Program-made: the position numbers and the translations under genes
Part shown: one piece after another, positions 17,545 to 27,529 of the stretch
How the letters are laid out: each line of letters opens with the position of its first letter
Position numbering within the stretch: position 1 is the first letter of the stretch
Origin: an uncultured Candidatus Saccharibacteria bacterium
GTDB lineage: Bacteria; Patescibacteriota; Minisyncoccia; Sungbacterales; HO2-52-23
NCBI GenBank assembly: GCA_964358425.1
Contig: CAYHON010000002.1
Location: 9,350-66,133, forward strand
DNA: 56,784 nucleotides
Direction: 5' to 3'
Notes under the pieces: generated by a model
Seen by the model: the letters and a program-made list of their open reading frames with translations, nothing else
Told to the model about the DNA's origin: nothing
The model's database searches: none

Positions 17545-18300
17545 CTAAGAGGCCTTTTTTCGGGCTAAAATAACGTTGGCGTCCCCTGTCCCCGGCCAAA
17601 TCTTAGCCAAAACTCTGAATAAGCTTATATAAAATCCGCGGAATCCTTTGCTGAAAAAATCCGGCTTTAATTCTTGTCGATTTTTGCCATATACTATCTC
17701 AAAACCGGACCACTCAAACAGATTTTTTAACTCCTGAATGGTATATTCTCTCCAGTGTCCGACAAAGTTGTCTTCATAGAAAAATTCTTCAATATTATTT
17801 GATGCCGGCCGGCCCAGAAAGAATCTTAGGCGATTTAACAGATGATTGGGGTTGGGGGTGGCAATATACAGCCAGCCCCCGTCTTTAATCATATTTTTTA
17901 ACTTTTCCAAAAAAAATCGTGGATGCTGCTGATGCTCAATGGTGGCTATGCTTACCACCGCGTCATATTTTTTCGGAAGTTCGTCTTTTAGGATGTCAAA
18001 ATCAAGTATATTTAATCCGTTTTGTTTCCAGATACTCCGCAGTTTTTCCAGGTCTTTGACGGTGAAGCTGTTTTTATCGGTAAAGACATATTTGTCGCCT
18101 CCCTCTACTCGATAGTCTAAAAAAGAAAGGGCCAAAGCCAAAACCCCCAGTCCGCAACCCGCGTCAAAAACGGAAGAATTTTTGGGCAGGTGGCGGGTGA
18201 GGGTATGGAGGTGTTTTAAATTGGAGTTCCGCTCCCAGGCCGAGCCTACAAAAGGAGCCAGCAAATCAATGGCCTTTTGCAGAGCGTCTTCGTTGGTCAT
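17545..18300 (-). CDS. Class I SAM-dependent methyltransferase
   Basis: Motif I is VFDAGCGLGVLAL, followed by the acidic post-I pattern. Confidence 0.7.
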   Translation of the reverse strand: MTNEDALQKAIDLLAPFVGSAWERNSNLKHLHTLTRHLPKNSSVFDAGCGLGVLALALSFLDYRVEGGDKYVFTDKNSFTVKDLEKLRSIWKQNGLNILDFDILKDELPKKYDAVVSIATIEHQQHPRFFLEKLKNMIKDGGWLYIATPNPNHLLNRLRFFLGRPASNNIEEFFYEDNFVGHWREYTIQELKNLFEWSGFEIVYGKNRQELKPDFFSKGFRGFYISLFRVLAKIWPGTGDANVILARKKAS

Positions 18301-18337
18301 TCAATTATAATTAAGCGAAGCCTTCGGCGAAGTTTAA

Positions 18338-18802
18338 TTAACTGATTCCCAAAATAGCGTATTTGGTTGTTCCCCGGGGGGTTTTCACCTCAACCGTATC
18401 CCCTATTTTGCGTTCCAGAAACGCCCGGCCCAAAGGAGACTCGTTGGATATCTTTCCCTCGGTCGGACTGGCTTCCTCCGACCCCACGATAGTATAGTAC
18501 TCTTCGCCCTTCTCCGATTTTATGTGGATGGTGGCCCCAACCTGCACTTTATCGGAGGCTCCGTTCTTTTTTATGATTACCGCGTTTCTAACCATCTCTT
18601 CCATTTCGGCGATATGGGCCTCCAGCATGGATTGCTCTTCTTTGGCTTCCTGATATTCAGCGTTTTCCGACAAATCTCCCAGAGATTTTGCATGTTCCAG
18701 ACGCATAGCTATGTCTTTGCGCTTGGCGGTTTTAAGTCCCTGAAGCTCTTTTTTTAACTTCTCCAATCCCTCTTCCGAAACATATTTGGCATCCGGATCC
18801 AT
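18338..18802 (-). CDS. greA: Transcription elongation factor GreA
   Basis: 154 aa with the signature DLSENAEYQEAKEEQ and a C-terminal FKBP-like domain SPLGRAFLERKIGD. Confidence 0.9.
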   Translation of the reverse strand: MDPDAKYVSEEGLEKLKKELQGLKTAKRKDIAMRLEHAKSLGDLSENAEYQEAKEEQSMLEAHIAEMEEMVRNAVIIKKNGASDKVQVGATIHIKSEKGEEYYTIVGSEEASPTEGKISNESPLGRAFLERKIGDTVEVKTPRGTTKYAILGIS

Positions 18803-18856
18803 AAAATGATTTGCTAAAAATAATAAACACTACCTTAAGGTAAAAAAGAAAGCGTG

Positions 18857-20761
18857 TCAATGTTGATAACTACTTTTGGCGCGGTTGGCAAAATACCAGC
18901 TGTATAAATCATAAGCTGTCGGCGCGGCGGCCCTGATACCTTCTCCCGAGTTTTCCACCATCACCGCCAAAACCAATTCAGGATTATTCATCGGGGCTAT
19001 GGTGGTGACCCAAGAGTGCGGTTTGCGGGGGCCGGTTACTTGGGCCGTGCCGGTTTTAGCCGCGACCTCTATCGGCAGTCTGGATAAATTCCTGACGGTT
19101 CCCGATAGTACCGCCTGGCGCATGCCGATTACCACCTGTTTTAAATTGAATTCATCTATGAAGCCTGACGTTACTACCTGCACCGGATCCTCGGCCAGCA
19201 GTCTTGGCTTGTACAGCGTCCCGCCGTTGGCGATAGCCGCCGTGGCCATACCTATCTGCAAAGGGGTAAGTTTCAGCCCTCCTTGGCCGATGGAGGTGTT
19301 GTAAGTATCGCCTATGCGCCAGACGGGGTTTGAGCGGTCAAAATCTTTTTTATTTTCCGGATTGGGCACGAAGCCCGCTTTTTCCCCGGGGAGGCTTATG
19401 CCGGTTTTAGATCCCAGACCAAAAAGTTTGTAATATTTATTTAAATTGTCTATGCCTAAACCTTTTTGGTCCCGATAGCCGCCGCCCAGCATATAGAAAT
19501 AAACGTTAGCCGAAAGGGCCATGGCGTCATAAAAATCTATCCAGCCGTGTTTTCGCCAATCCATAAATATCGCGGCTTGGTCCGGATGGTAGATATTAGG
19601 CACTTCAACAAAACCCTCATCATATATTCTTTTATTGGGATCTATAAGTTTTTCCTGCAGGGCGGCGGCCCCCACCAGTGGCTTGATAACCGAACCGGAT
19701 GGAAACTCTCCGGCAATTACCCGATTGAAAAATGGTTTAAGCGGATCTTTGGCGATTTTATTGTAGGCGGCTTGGGTTATACCCTGACTTAGATCGGTGC
19801 TGTTGAAGCCGGGAAAACTGACCAACGCCAAAATTGACCCGTCGCGGGGGTCTATGGCCGCCAAGCTCCCTCCCTTGGTTCCTTCGGAAGAGTAGTGTCG
19901 GAGGTATTCATAAGCTTTACTTTGCATCTCGCTGTCTATCGTAAGGTGGATATCCTGTCCCGGTATCGGCTCTTCCACCAGCTTAAAACGGGTCTCGCGG
20001 CCCAGAGAATTTACCTCCACTATTTTGCGTCCGCTGGTTCCCCGTAGAATATCGTCAAGCTGCATCTCCAATCCGTTTTTACCGAAACTTTCTTCTTTGC
20101 CCAGCTGGGGATTTTTTTTAAGCTCTTCGGGAGATACCTGGCCGATGAATCCGAGCAGGTGCGAAAAAGCCTCTGGATCTTTATATACCCTTTTATAGCT
20201 TTCAAAAGTTTCGATACCTGGGAGCAGGTCGGCCTGGGCGGCTATGGAGACAACTTCATCTAAAGATAATTCTACCGATAAAAATATATAGGGGGGCAGT
20301 TTTTTGAGGTTGTTGTCTTCCGGAAAACCCGACTCCAAAAAATATTCTCTTGGTTTTCCTAAAGTAAGCTCTAACTTGTTTAACAAAGAAGGCAAATCCT
20401 TTCCGCTTTTTAAAAATTTATCTTTTTCAAAAACAAGTCCAAAAATCGGCTTGTTTTCCACCATGGGTATGCCGTTACGGTCATAAATTATCCCGCGAGG
20501 CGGGAAGATGGGACGGGTTAAAAAACGGTTTTCCTGCGACTTGTCGAACAACGCGTTGCCCGAACGTATCTGCAGCAAAAAAGCATTCCATCCCAGATAC
20601 GCCACACCGGCGCACATAATAAAAAGAAAAAACAAAAAAGGCAGCCGGCTGATGGACCGCTCCAGCTTTCCTTCGGTGGCGAAGCGGGAGCCTATGGCGC
20701 TGATAGAGTCGGCTAGGATTTCATCAGCGTCTAAAAGTTCTGTTTTTTTTATTCTGGCCAT
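18857..20761 (-). CDS. mrdA: Penicillin-binding protein 2 (elongasome transpeptidase)
   Basis: N-terminal TM anchor. Transpeptidase motifs are SGSVIKP (SxxK), SANV (SxN) and KTGTAQ (KTG). It lies directly downstream of mreBCD. Confidence 0.85.
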   Translation of the reverse strand: MARIKKTELLDADEILADSISAIGSRFATEGKLERSISRLPFLFFLFIMCAGVAYLGWNAFLLQIRSGNALFDKSQENRFLTRPIFPPRGIIYDRNGIPMVENKPIFGLVFEKDKFLKSGKDLPSLLNKLELTLGKPREYFLESGFPEDNNLKKLPPYIFLSVELSLDEVVSIAAQADLLPGIETFESYKRVYKDPEAFSHLLGFIGQVSPEELKKNPQLGKEESFGKNGLEMQLDDILRGTSGRKIVEVNSLGRETRFKLVEEPIPGQDIHLTIDSEMQSKAYEYLRHYSSEGTKGGSLAAIDPRDGSILALVSFPGFNSTDLSQGITQAAYNKIAKDPLKPFFNRVIAGEFPSGSVIKPLVGAAALQEKLIDPNKRIYDEGFVEVPNIYHPDQAAIFMDWRKHGWIDFYDAMALSANVYFYMLGGGYRDQKGLGIDNLNKYYKLFGLGSKTGISLPGEKAGFVPNPENKKDFDRSNPVWRIGDTYNTSIGQGGLKLTPLQIGMATAAIANGGTLYKPRLLAEDPVQVVTSGFIDEFNLKQVVIGMRQAVLSGTVRNLSRLPIEVAAKTGTAQVTGPRKPHSWVTTIAPMNNPELVLAVMVENSGEGIRAAAPTAYDLYSWYFANRAKSSYQH

Positions 20762-20766
20762 GTATC

Positions 20767-20929
20767 AAGACTCTCTAAAACCCCTTTATTCTACTGCGAT
20801 TGTATAATTTCGGCTACGCTCTCGTCTGTCCTCGTCAGCGTATATTTCTCATATATGTTTTCCTCGTCCATCCTCGGCTCGCCCGAAATTCTGCAACCTC
20901 GCTACGAAACAGGGGTTTTAGAGAGTCTT
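20767..20929. repeat. 163-bp element with perfect 19-bp terminal inverted repeats (MITE/REP-like) between mreD and mrdA
   Basis: AAGACTCTCTAAAACCCCT (20767-85) pairs with AGGGGTTTTAGAGAGTCTT (20911-29). The inner part (20806-20890, AATTTCGGCTACG...CTCGCCCGAAATT) is homologous to the element at 53541-53634. Confidence 0.9.
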
Positions 20930-20958
20930 ATTAGGGCGTCTAAAAAACTTTTATCCCG

Positions 20959-21465
20959 CTATCTTTTCTTTTTAGACCACGCGTAGGATAACCCCATTAG
21001 AATCAGAGGAAGTAAAACGGACCAAAAAAGCGAAGTGAAAAAAACATGCAACGCCGCCGCCCAGCTTAGGCAAAAACCCGATTGGTCCAGGTATCCGATG
21101 AGGCAGGCCAAGGGATAAATAAAAATGAGAGAGGTAAAAATAAGCAATCCCACGCTTAAACCCTTAGTAAAAAAGGAATCGGTATTGGTGAGGGTCTTGC
21201 GCAGCAGCTCGGTAAGCAGGGCTAGTACCATGAAGACCAGCAGGTGGCTGCCGAAGGGGAACGCCAGCAGAGTATCAAATAGCAACCCTAAGATAATCCC
21301 GCTCAAAACTCTATGCCAAAAAGGCAGTTGCCAAAAAAGAAAAACTATCGCCGAGGTTATGATCGGAGGATCCCAAAACCCGGCCAGCGGTTCCAAGGAC
21401 CATTGGGCAGGTATGCTTACCAGGACGGCTACGACGGCGTAAATTTTTTTACTCGCGGGAATCAT
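20959..21465 (-). CDS. mreD: Rod shape-determining protein MreD (probable)
   Basis: Polytopic hydrophobic protein of about 168 aa starting MIPASKK. Its ATG overlaps the mreC stop (ATGA), and its position in mreB-mreC-X-pbp2 fits mreD. The tracked ORF is extended to 21597. Confidence 0.6.
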   Translation of the reverse strand: MIPASKKIYAVVAVLVSIPAQWSLEPLAGFWDPPIITSAIVFLFWQLPFWHRVLSGIILGLLFDTLLAFPFGSHLLVFMVLALLTELLRKTLTNTDSFFTKGLSVGLLIFTSLIFIYPLACLIGYLDQSGFCLSWAAALHVFFTSLFWSVLLPLILMGLSYAWSKKKR

Positions 21466-22226
21466 TTCAACGAAGAAGGTATTACAAAAACGTTCTGGAC
21501 GGTTTCGGGATAAATGGAGGTCACAGCTTTTATTTTTAGAAAATTGCTGTTTTCTTTCTCCGAGGTCATAACCTCCGCCAGCAAAAATGCGCCCCATCCA
21601 CCCTTGGCCAAAGACAGAAAATCGCCTTTTTCCACAACGGTTCCTTCGGGGACTAGCTTTACGGCAAAAGAGCGGTTTCCTAATCCCTCGGCCAGCGCCC
21701 TCGTATTGTCTTTAGCCAGCTTAATCTCCCAGTTATTACCGGCGTTGGAGGCAATATCTATTTTAGAAAAATTTTCTCTTGTTTCAAATACCGTTCCTAT
21801 TATATTTTGATGGTCATCAATTACCAGGGAACCCTCCTGGATTCCATCCTGAAACCCTTGGTCCACCAGTAAATATTCTTTTCCCAGTTCTTGAGAGTAA
21901 AAAATTACTCGAGCCCCCTTCAAGGGGAGTTTGTTTTCAGATTTAAAGTTTAAAACTTCTTTTAGGGTCTTATTTTCGGCATTGGTTTTTTGCAGATCAA
22001 ATTCCAATTCTTTTATTAGGGCGTCTTTTTCGTCTATCAGCCCCTGATAAAAATCAGTATTTTGGCGCAGGTAATTAGTCAGGCGTAGGACCGGGACCGC
22101 TAAGCTGATTATAGTTTCCCTGATTTTTTTTATGGCAGTCGTACGGCTAAAAAAAATCAGCCCTCCCAGCAGAGCCAGGACGACAATTGTTTTCAGTAAT
22201 TTTTTGGAATGTCTTTTGGAAATCAT
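21462..22226 (-). CDS. mreC: Rod shape-determining protein MreC
   Basis: N-terminal anchor, a coiled-coil segment (LIKELEFDLQKTNAENKTLKE) and then beta-barrel domains. It follows mreB. Confidence 0.75.
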   Translation of the reverse strand: MISKRHSKKLLKTIVVLALLGGLIFFSRTTAIKKIRETIISLAVPVLRLTNYLRQNTDFYQGLIDEKDALIKELEFDLQKTNAENKTLKEVLNFKSENKLPLKGARVIFYSQELGKEYLLVDQGFQDGIQEGSLVIDDHQNIIGTVFETRENFSKIDIASNAGNNWEIKLAKDNTRALAEGLGNRSFAVKLVPEGTVVEKGDFLSLAKGGWGAFLLAEVMTSEKENSNFLKIKAVTSIYPETVQNVFVIPSSLK

Positions 22227-22237
22227 GTTTTGAAAAT

Positions 22238-23299
22238 TTAAGTCGGGACTTGTTCATAGTCGGTGCTGACCAGCACCTCGCGCAGGGCGTCCACGTTTTC
22301 CAGGATTACACCCGTACCGCGGACGACGGCCGTCAGCGGGTCTTCGGCAATTTTTACGGGGATGTGAGTTTCCTCCTGTATCAACTGATCCAGTCCGCGC
22401 AGAAGCGCTCCTCCGCCGGTCAAATTAATTCCCCGATGCATAATATCCGCCACCAATTCCGGCGGGGTTTCTTCCACCACTGATTTGATGGAGCTCACCA
22501 ATACATTTATGGAGTGGCGCAGGGCGAGCCGTATATCGGTATCATCTACCACTATTTCTTTGGGCAGGCCGGTTACCAGATCCCGTCCGCGCATGGTGGC
22601 CTCCATGGGCTCGGGAAGCTCGTGGGCGGAGCCTATGGCGATTTTTACGTCCTCGGCGGTGCGCTCGCCTAAAAGCATTTTGAATTCGTCGCGGGCGAAG
22701 CGGATAATATCTTCGTTGAACTTATCTCCGGCGATACGTAGATTGCGGGAGACGACAATCCCCCCCAGCGAGATTACGGCAATATCCGAAGTTCCCCCGC
22801 CGATATCCACTATCATGGAGCCGATGGCTTCCTGTACCGGCAGGCGGATGCCGATGGCCGCGGCCATGGGTTCTTCCACCAGATACACTTCTCGGGCCCC
22901 AGCTGATCTGGTGGCATCTTCCACCGCTCTTTTTTCAACTTCGGTAACTCCCGAGGGTATGCCGATGACTACTCTTGGCCTAGCAAAAAAGGAAGAAGAC
23001 TCCTCGTGTACTTTGCGGATGAAAAATTTAAGCATCTCCTCCGTCACTTCAAAATCCGAAACTACCCCGGCGACCAGGGGGCGCGTGGCGACAATCTGGG
23101 CCGGCGTGCGACCGACCATACGTTTGGCTTCCTCGCCAATGGCGACAATCTGGCCGGTCTTTTGGTTTATAGCGACTACAGACGGCTCGTTGATGACTAT
23201 CCCCCGCCCGCGCACATAAACTAGGGTACTGGACGTACCCAAATCTATGCCGATGTCTTTAGAAAATTTGCCGAGGAGTTTTTTGAATAACATTGACAA
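22238..23299 (-). CDS. mreB: Actin-like rod shape protein MreB (copy 1)
   Basis: Motifs DIGIDLGTSSTLVY, EPMAAAIG and VDIGGGTSDIAVISLGGIV. Confidence 0.95.
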   Translation of the reverse strand: MSMLFKKLLGKFSKDIGIDLGTSSTLVYVRGRGIVINEPSVVAINQKTGQIVAIGEEAKRMVGRTPAQIVATRPLVAGVVSDFEVTEEMLKFFIRKVHEESSSFFARPRVVIGIPSGVTEVEKRAVEDATRSAGAREVYLVEEPMAAAIGIRLPVQEAIGSMIVDIGGGTSDIAVISLGGIVVSRNLRIAGDKFNEDIIRFARDEFKMLLGERTAEDVKIAIGSAHELPEPMEATMRGRDLVTGLPKEIVVDDTDIRLALRHSINVLVSSIKSVVEETPPELVADIMHRGINLTGGGALLRGLDQLIQEETHIPVKIAEDPLTAVVRGTGVILENVDALREVLVSTDYEQVPT

Positions 23300-23388
23300 A
23301 TGATACTATTAATGATACTAATTGCTTTGAAATATAGGTGTTTGAAATTTTTAATAATGTCTCGCCTAACAATAAGGAGGTTTTTCGG

Positions 23389-23988
23389 ATGGCCGAAACT
23401 TTTGATTTTGGTAAAGGTCCTATTGCTTGCCGAAAGCATAATTTTGGCAATGGGCTAGTTGCTTCTACGGCTCAGGTGGCGGGTACGGTTTGTGTAGGTT
23501 CTGAAAGTGTTGTGGGAGATGAAGCTCTTATTGAAGGACATGTCAGTTTGCTTGGAAGAACTGTTGTAAAAAATCAAGCGGTCATTCGTGGCAAAAATAT
23601 CCGTTTGGAAAACTGTATTCTGGGAGAAAGTTGCCGTATTGGAGATGCAACTACTTTATCAAATGTAACCGTTTGCGGTTATGCCCGAATTGAGAAAGTA
23701 CATATAGACAATAACGGTAGAACTCAACTTGTTATAGATGAAACTCCGGTGGTTGTCACAGGTATTGGTAACTACCCCATCATAATAATCCCTTCGCCAG
23801 TAGCCTTTTTGTTAATTGGATCATACCTCTGGCCGCTGAACAACGAAACGTTCGACATTGCCTATAGATTGGAGCAAATTGGTATAAAGCAACCGGTAGT
23901 AGATTCGATAGTCCGAATTGCTTATGTGGTCATGAAGCTTAGAGGAGCAGAGATGACTGGATATTGGGAATTACTAGGCAACCGATAA
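23389..23988 (+). CDS. Hypothetical beta-helix (hexapeptide-like repeat) protein with a hydrophobic C-terminal half
   Basis: The start MAETFDF is preceded by AAGGAGG. The N-terminal half has imperfect [LIV]-G-x4 repeats (VAGTVCVGSESVVGDEALIEGHVSLLGRTVVKNQAVIRGKNIRLENCILGESCRIGD). It is transcribed divergently from mreB. Confidence 0.5.
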   Translation: MAETFDFGKGPIACRKHNFGNGLVASTAQVAGTVCVGSESVVGDEALIEGHVSLLGRTVVKNQAVIRGKNIRLENCILGESCRIGDATTLSNVTVCGYARIEKVHIDNNGRTQLVIDETPVVVTGIGNYPIIIIPSPVAFLLIGSYLWPLNNETFDIAYRLEQIGIKQPVVDSIVRIAYVVMKLRGAEMTGYWELLGNR

Positions 23989-24031
23989 CTACGATATGAA
24001 CTAACTATACCCGATCTCTTTCAAAAACCGT

Positions 24032-24062
24032 TTGCCCGGCTCCCAAAGGAGTCGGGCAATTT

Positions 24063-24065
<3 letters not shown>
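24032..24065. terminator. Bidirectional terminator between convergent genes
   Basis: TTGCCCGGCTCC-caaa-GGAGTCGGGCAA followed by TTTTTATTT, with an A-rich stretch upstream. It overlaps the proS stop. Confidence 0.7.
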
Positions 24066-25346
<1,281 letters not shown>

Positions 25347-25496
25347 GAATTAATGATACTCCAAAACGCCCCTAAAAATCAAAAATGACAATTCTTGCTT
25401 AATTAAACCAATTTTGCTATCTTGTCCACAAGAAAGTACCCCCGATCTTTTCCAATAAAACTTTTTTCCTAACCATAAAGGAAGGGGGTGATTATA

Positions 25497-26477
25497 ATGC
25501 CTCGCGGCCGATCTAAAGGCAGTGGCAACAAGCTGGATGTAAGTATTTATTCAGAGTTAACCACCATCCAACGCTACCTAAATGATATACCAAATCTGCC
25601 CCTTATCTCGGCCGAAGAGGAGGTCAAGCTCGCTCGGAAAATTAAAGAGGGTGATCTCCACGCTCGCGATAAACTCATTGAGGCCAATCTCCGCTTCGTC
25701 ATCAGCGTCGCGCAACAATATCAGAATTATGGCGTTCTGCTGGCAGATCTTATCGCCGCCGGAAACACAGGTTTAATTACGGCGGCCGAGCGATTTAACG
25801 AGAGCAAGGGATGTAAATTTATTTCCTACGCGGTCTGGTGGGTTCGGCAGGCCATACTCCAAACCCTGACAGATTACCCTCGGGTTGTGCGTCTCCCTCT
25901 CAACCAGATCAATCTCCTGCGTCGCATCTACCGGTTCTCCAATGAGCGACAGCAGGCGACAGAAAAGCTTCCGACCGAAGAGGAAATGGCGAAGGATCTG
26001 GGTGTTTCCGTTAAACATTTAAAAGAGGTACTGGCCAACGGTCGGCGCATCCTGTCACTGGATGCCGCTTTTGGTGACGATAGTGATAATAATACCTTGA
26101 AAGAGATTTTGGCGGACGATCGCCAAGAGCCAGCCGACATCCTGTTGCAACGAAGTTCTCTAAAGGAGGAAATCAAGCTGGCCTTAAGCCAGCTGAAAGA
26201 CCGACGGGGGGCGGAGGTGATACGACTCTATTTTGGCCTGGGAGACATCCCGGAAATGACTCTTGGGGATATAGGAGTCAAGTTTGGTATTACCAGAGAA
26301 CGTGTCCGTCAGATCAAAGAAAAAGCTTTGGGTAAACTCCGTCATCCCAGACACGGCGCGAGAATAAAAGTTTATGCCGAGGAAGATAGTTTGACACCAT
26401 TATCGCCCGACAAGCCCAGGAAACAAAACCATCGCCGGGTGTATAACCGACGAATCACTAACTCTCCCAAGAATTAA
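25497..26477 (+). CDS. RNA polymerase sigma factor, sigma-70 family (RpoD-like)
   Basis: Region 2 is NLRFVISVAQQY...FISYAVWWVRQAI. Region 4 is TLGDIGVKFGITRERVRQIKEKAL. The ATG lies about 10 nt after GGAAGGGGG. Confidence 0.85.
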   Translation: MPRGRSKGSGNKLDVSIYSELTTIQRYLNDIPNLPLISAEEEVKLARKIKEGDLHARDKLIEANLRFVISVAQQYQNYGVLLADLIAAGNTGLITAAERFNESKGCKFISYAVWWVRQAILQTLTDYPRVVRLPLNQINLLRRIYRFSNERQQATEKLPTEEEMAKDLGVSVKHLKEVLANGRRILSLDAAFGDDSDNNTLKEILADDRQEPADILLQRSSLKEEIKLALSQLKDRRGAEVIRLYFGLGDIPEMTLGDIGVKFGITRERVRQIKEKALGKLRHPRHGARIKVYAEEDSLTPLSPDKPRKQNHRRVYNRRITNSPKN

Positions 26478-26494
26478 AACTCGGGAGATTTTTT
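26463..26494 (+). terminator. Terminator-like hairpin after the sigma factor gene
   Basis: TCTCCC-N14-GGGAGA followed by TTTTTT. It overlaps the last codons of the gene. Confidence 0.5.
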
Positions 26495-26521
26495 ATGGAA
26501 TTTTTGTATCAAATTTCGGAT

Positions 26522-27517
26522 TTAAGGTAATCTTTGGAGATGTTCCATAAGAGTGGCCGTGTATCCAGCCTCGTTGTCGTACCAGGAATAGATGGTGGCG
26601 AGATTGCCCGCAACTACTTTAGTAAGGGAAAGATCTATAATTGCGCCGTAAGGTTCACCCAAAATATCGGCGGAGACCAGCGGATCCTCGGTTGTTTTAA
26701 CAGTTTTAGACCAGCGGGGACTTAAGGCTTCTTTTTTAAAAACTTCGTTTATTTCTTTGGCCGATGTTTCTTTTTCAAGCAGGACGGTGGTAACGCTTAA
26801 AGAGCCGGCGATGGTCGGCACGCGCATAGCCACGGCGTCAAATTTTCCGGCCAAGCTGGGGATAGCTTGAATCACCGCCTCGGCCGCGCCGGTGGTGGAT
26901 GGCACAATATTTACGGCCGCCGCTCTCCCCCGCCGCGGGTCTTTATCATCGGGTCCGTCTACCAGTTTTTGAGTAGCGGTATAGCCGTGGATAGTCGCCA
27001 TACTGGCTTTTTGTATACCAAAATTATCCAGCAATATCTGCATCACGGGCGCTACAGAATTGGTGGTGCAGGAAGCGTTGCAGGTGATGGGTCCGGCTAC
27101 GGCAAACTTATCATCATTTACTCCGGCCATAAGAGTGTCCACATCGCCTTTCGCGGGCGCGGTGATGACGACTCTTTTGGCTCCCGCCTCCAGATGCGCC
27201 TTGGCTTTGTCACTGGACGTAAAAAAACCGGTGGATTCTACAACGATGTCTATATCTAAATCTTTCCAGGGGAGCTTGGCCGGATCTTTTTCGGCCAATA
27301 CTTTTATATCTTGGCCGTCCACGGCTATTTTCCCGTCAGCGCTGGTTACGGTTTTACCGTACCGGCCGTAGACCGAATCATATTTGAGCAGATAAGCCAG
27401 GGTTTTGGTGTCGGTAAGGTCGTTGACAGCCACAATATCAAAATCAGCCGAGCCGAAAGCTTGCCTGAAAAACGAGCGACCGATGCGGCCGAAACCATTG
27501 ATGGCAATTTTTTTCAT
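26522..27517 (-). CDS. gap: Glyceraldehyde-3-phosphate dehydrogenase, type I
   Basis: Motifs INGFGRIGR, the active site NASCTTNS, and WYDNE. Confidence 0.95.
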   Translation of the reverse strand: MKKIAINGFGRIGRSFFRQAFGSADFDIVAVNDLTDTKTLAYLLKYDSVYGRYGKTVTSADGKIAVDGQDIKVLAEKDPAKLPWKDLDIDIVVESTGFFTSSDKAKAHLEAGAKRVVITAPAKGDVDTLMAGVNDDKFAVAGPITCNASCTTNSVAPVMQILLDNFGIQKASMATIHGYTATQKLVDGPDDKDPRRGRAAAVNIVPSTTGAAEAVIQAIPSLAGKFDAVAMRVPTIAGSLSVTTVLLEKETSAKEINEVFKKEALSPRWSKTVKTTEDPLVSADILGEPYGAIIDLSLTKVVAGNLATIYSWYDNEAGYTATLMEHLQRLP

Positions 27518-27529
27518 AATCTTATTTTA

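Noticed and set aside
22485-23219. 244-aa + strand ORF, and similar long antisense ORFs at 41895..42665, 54515..55357, 14351..15079 and 5228..5776.
   Set aside because: Each lies entirely antisense to a minus-strand gene with strong family motifs (mreB, tlyA/frr, the 531-aa gene, serS, the ATPase). Their translations are low-complexity and Ser/Arg/Pro-rich. They are typical shadow ORFs.
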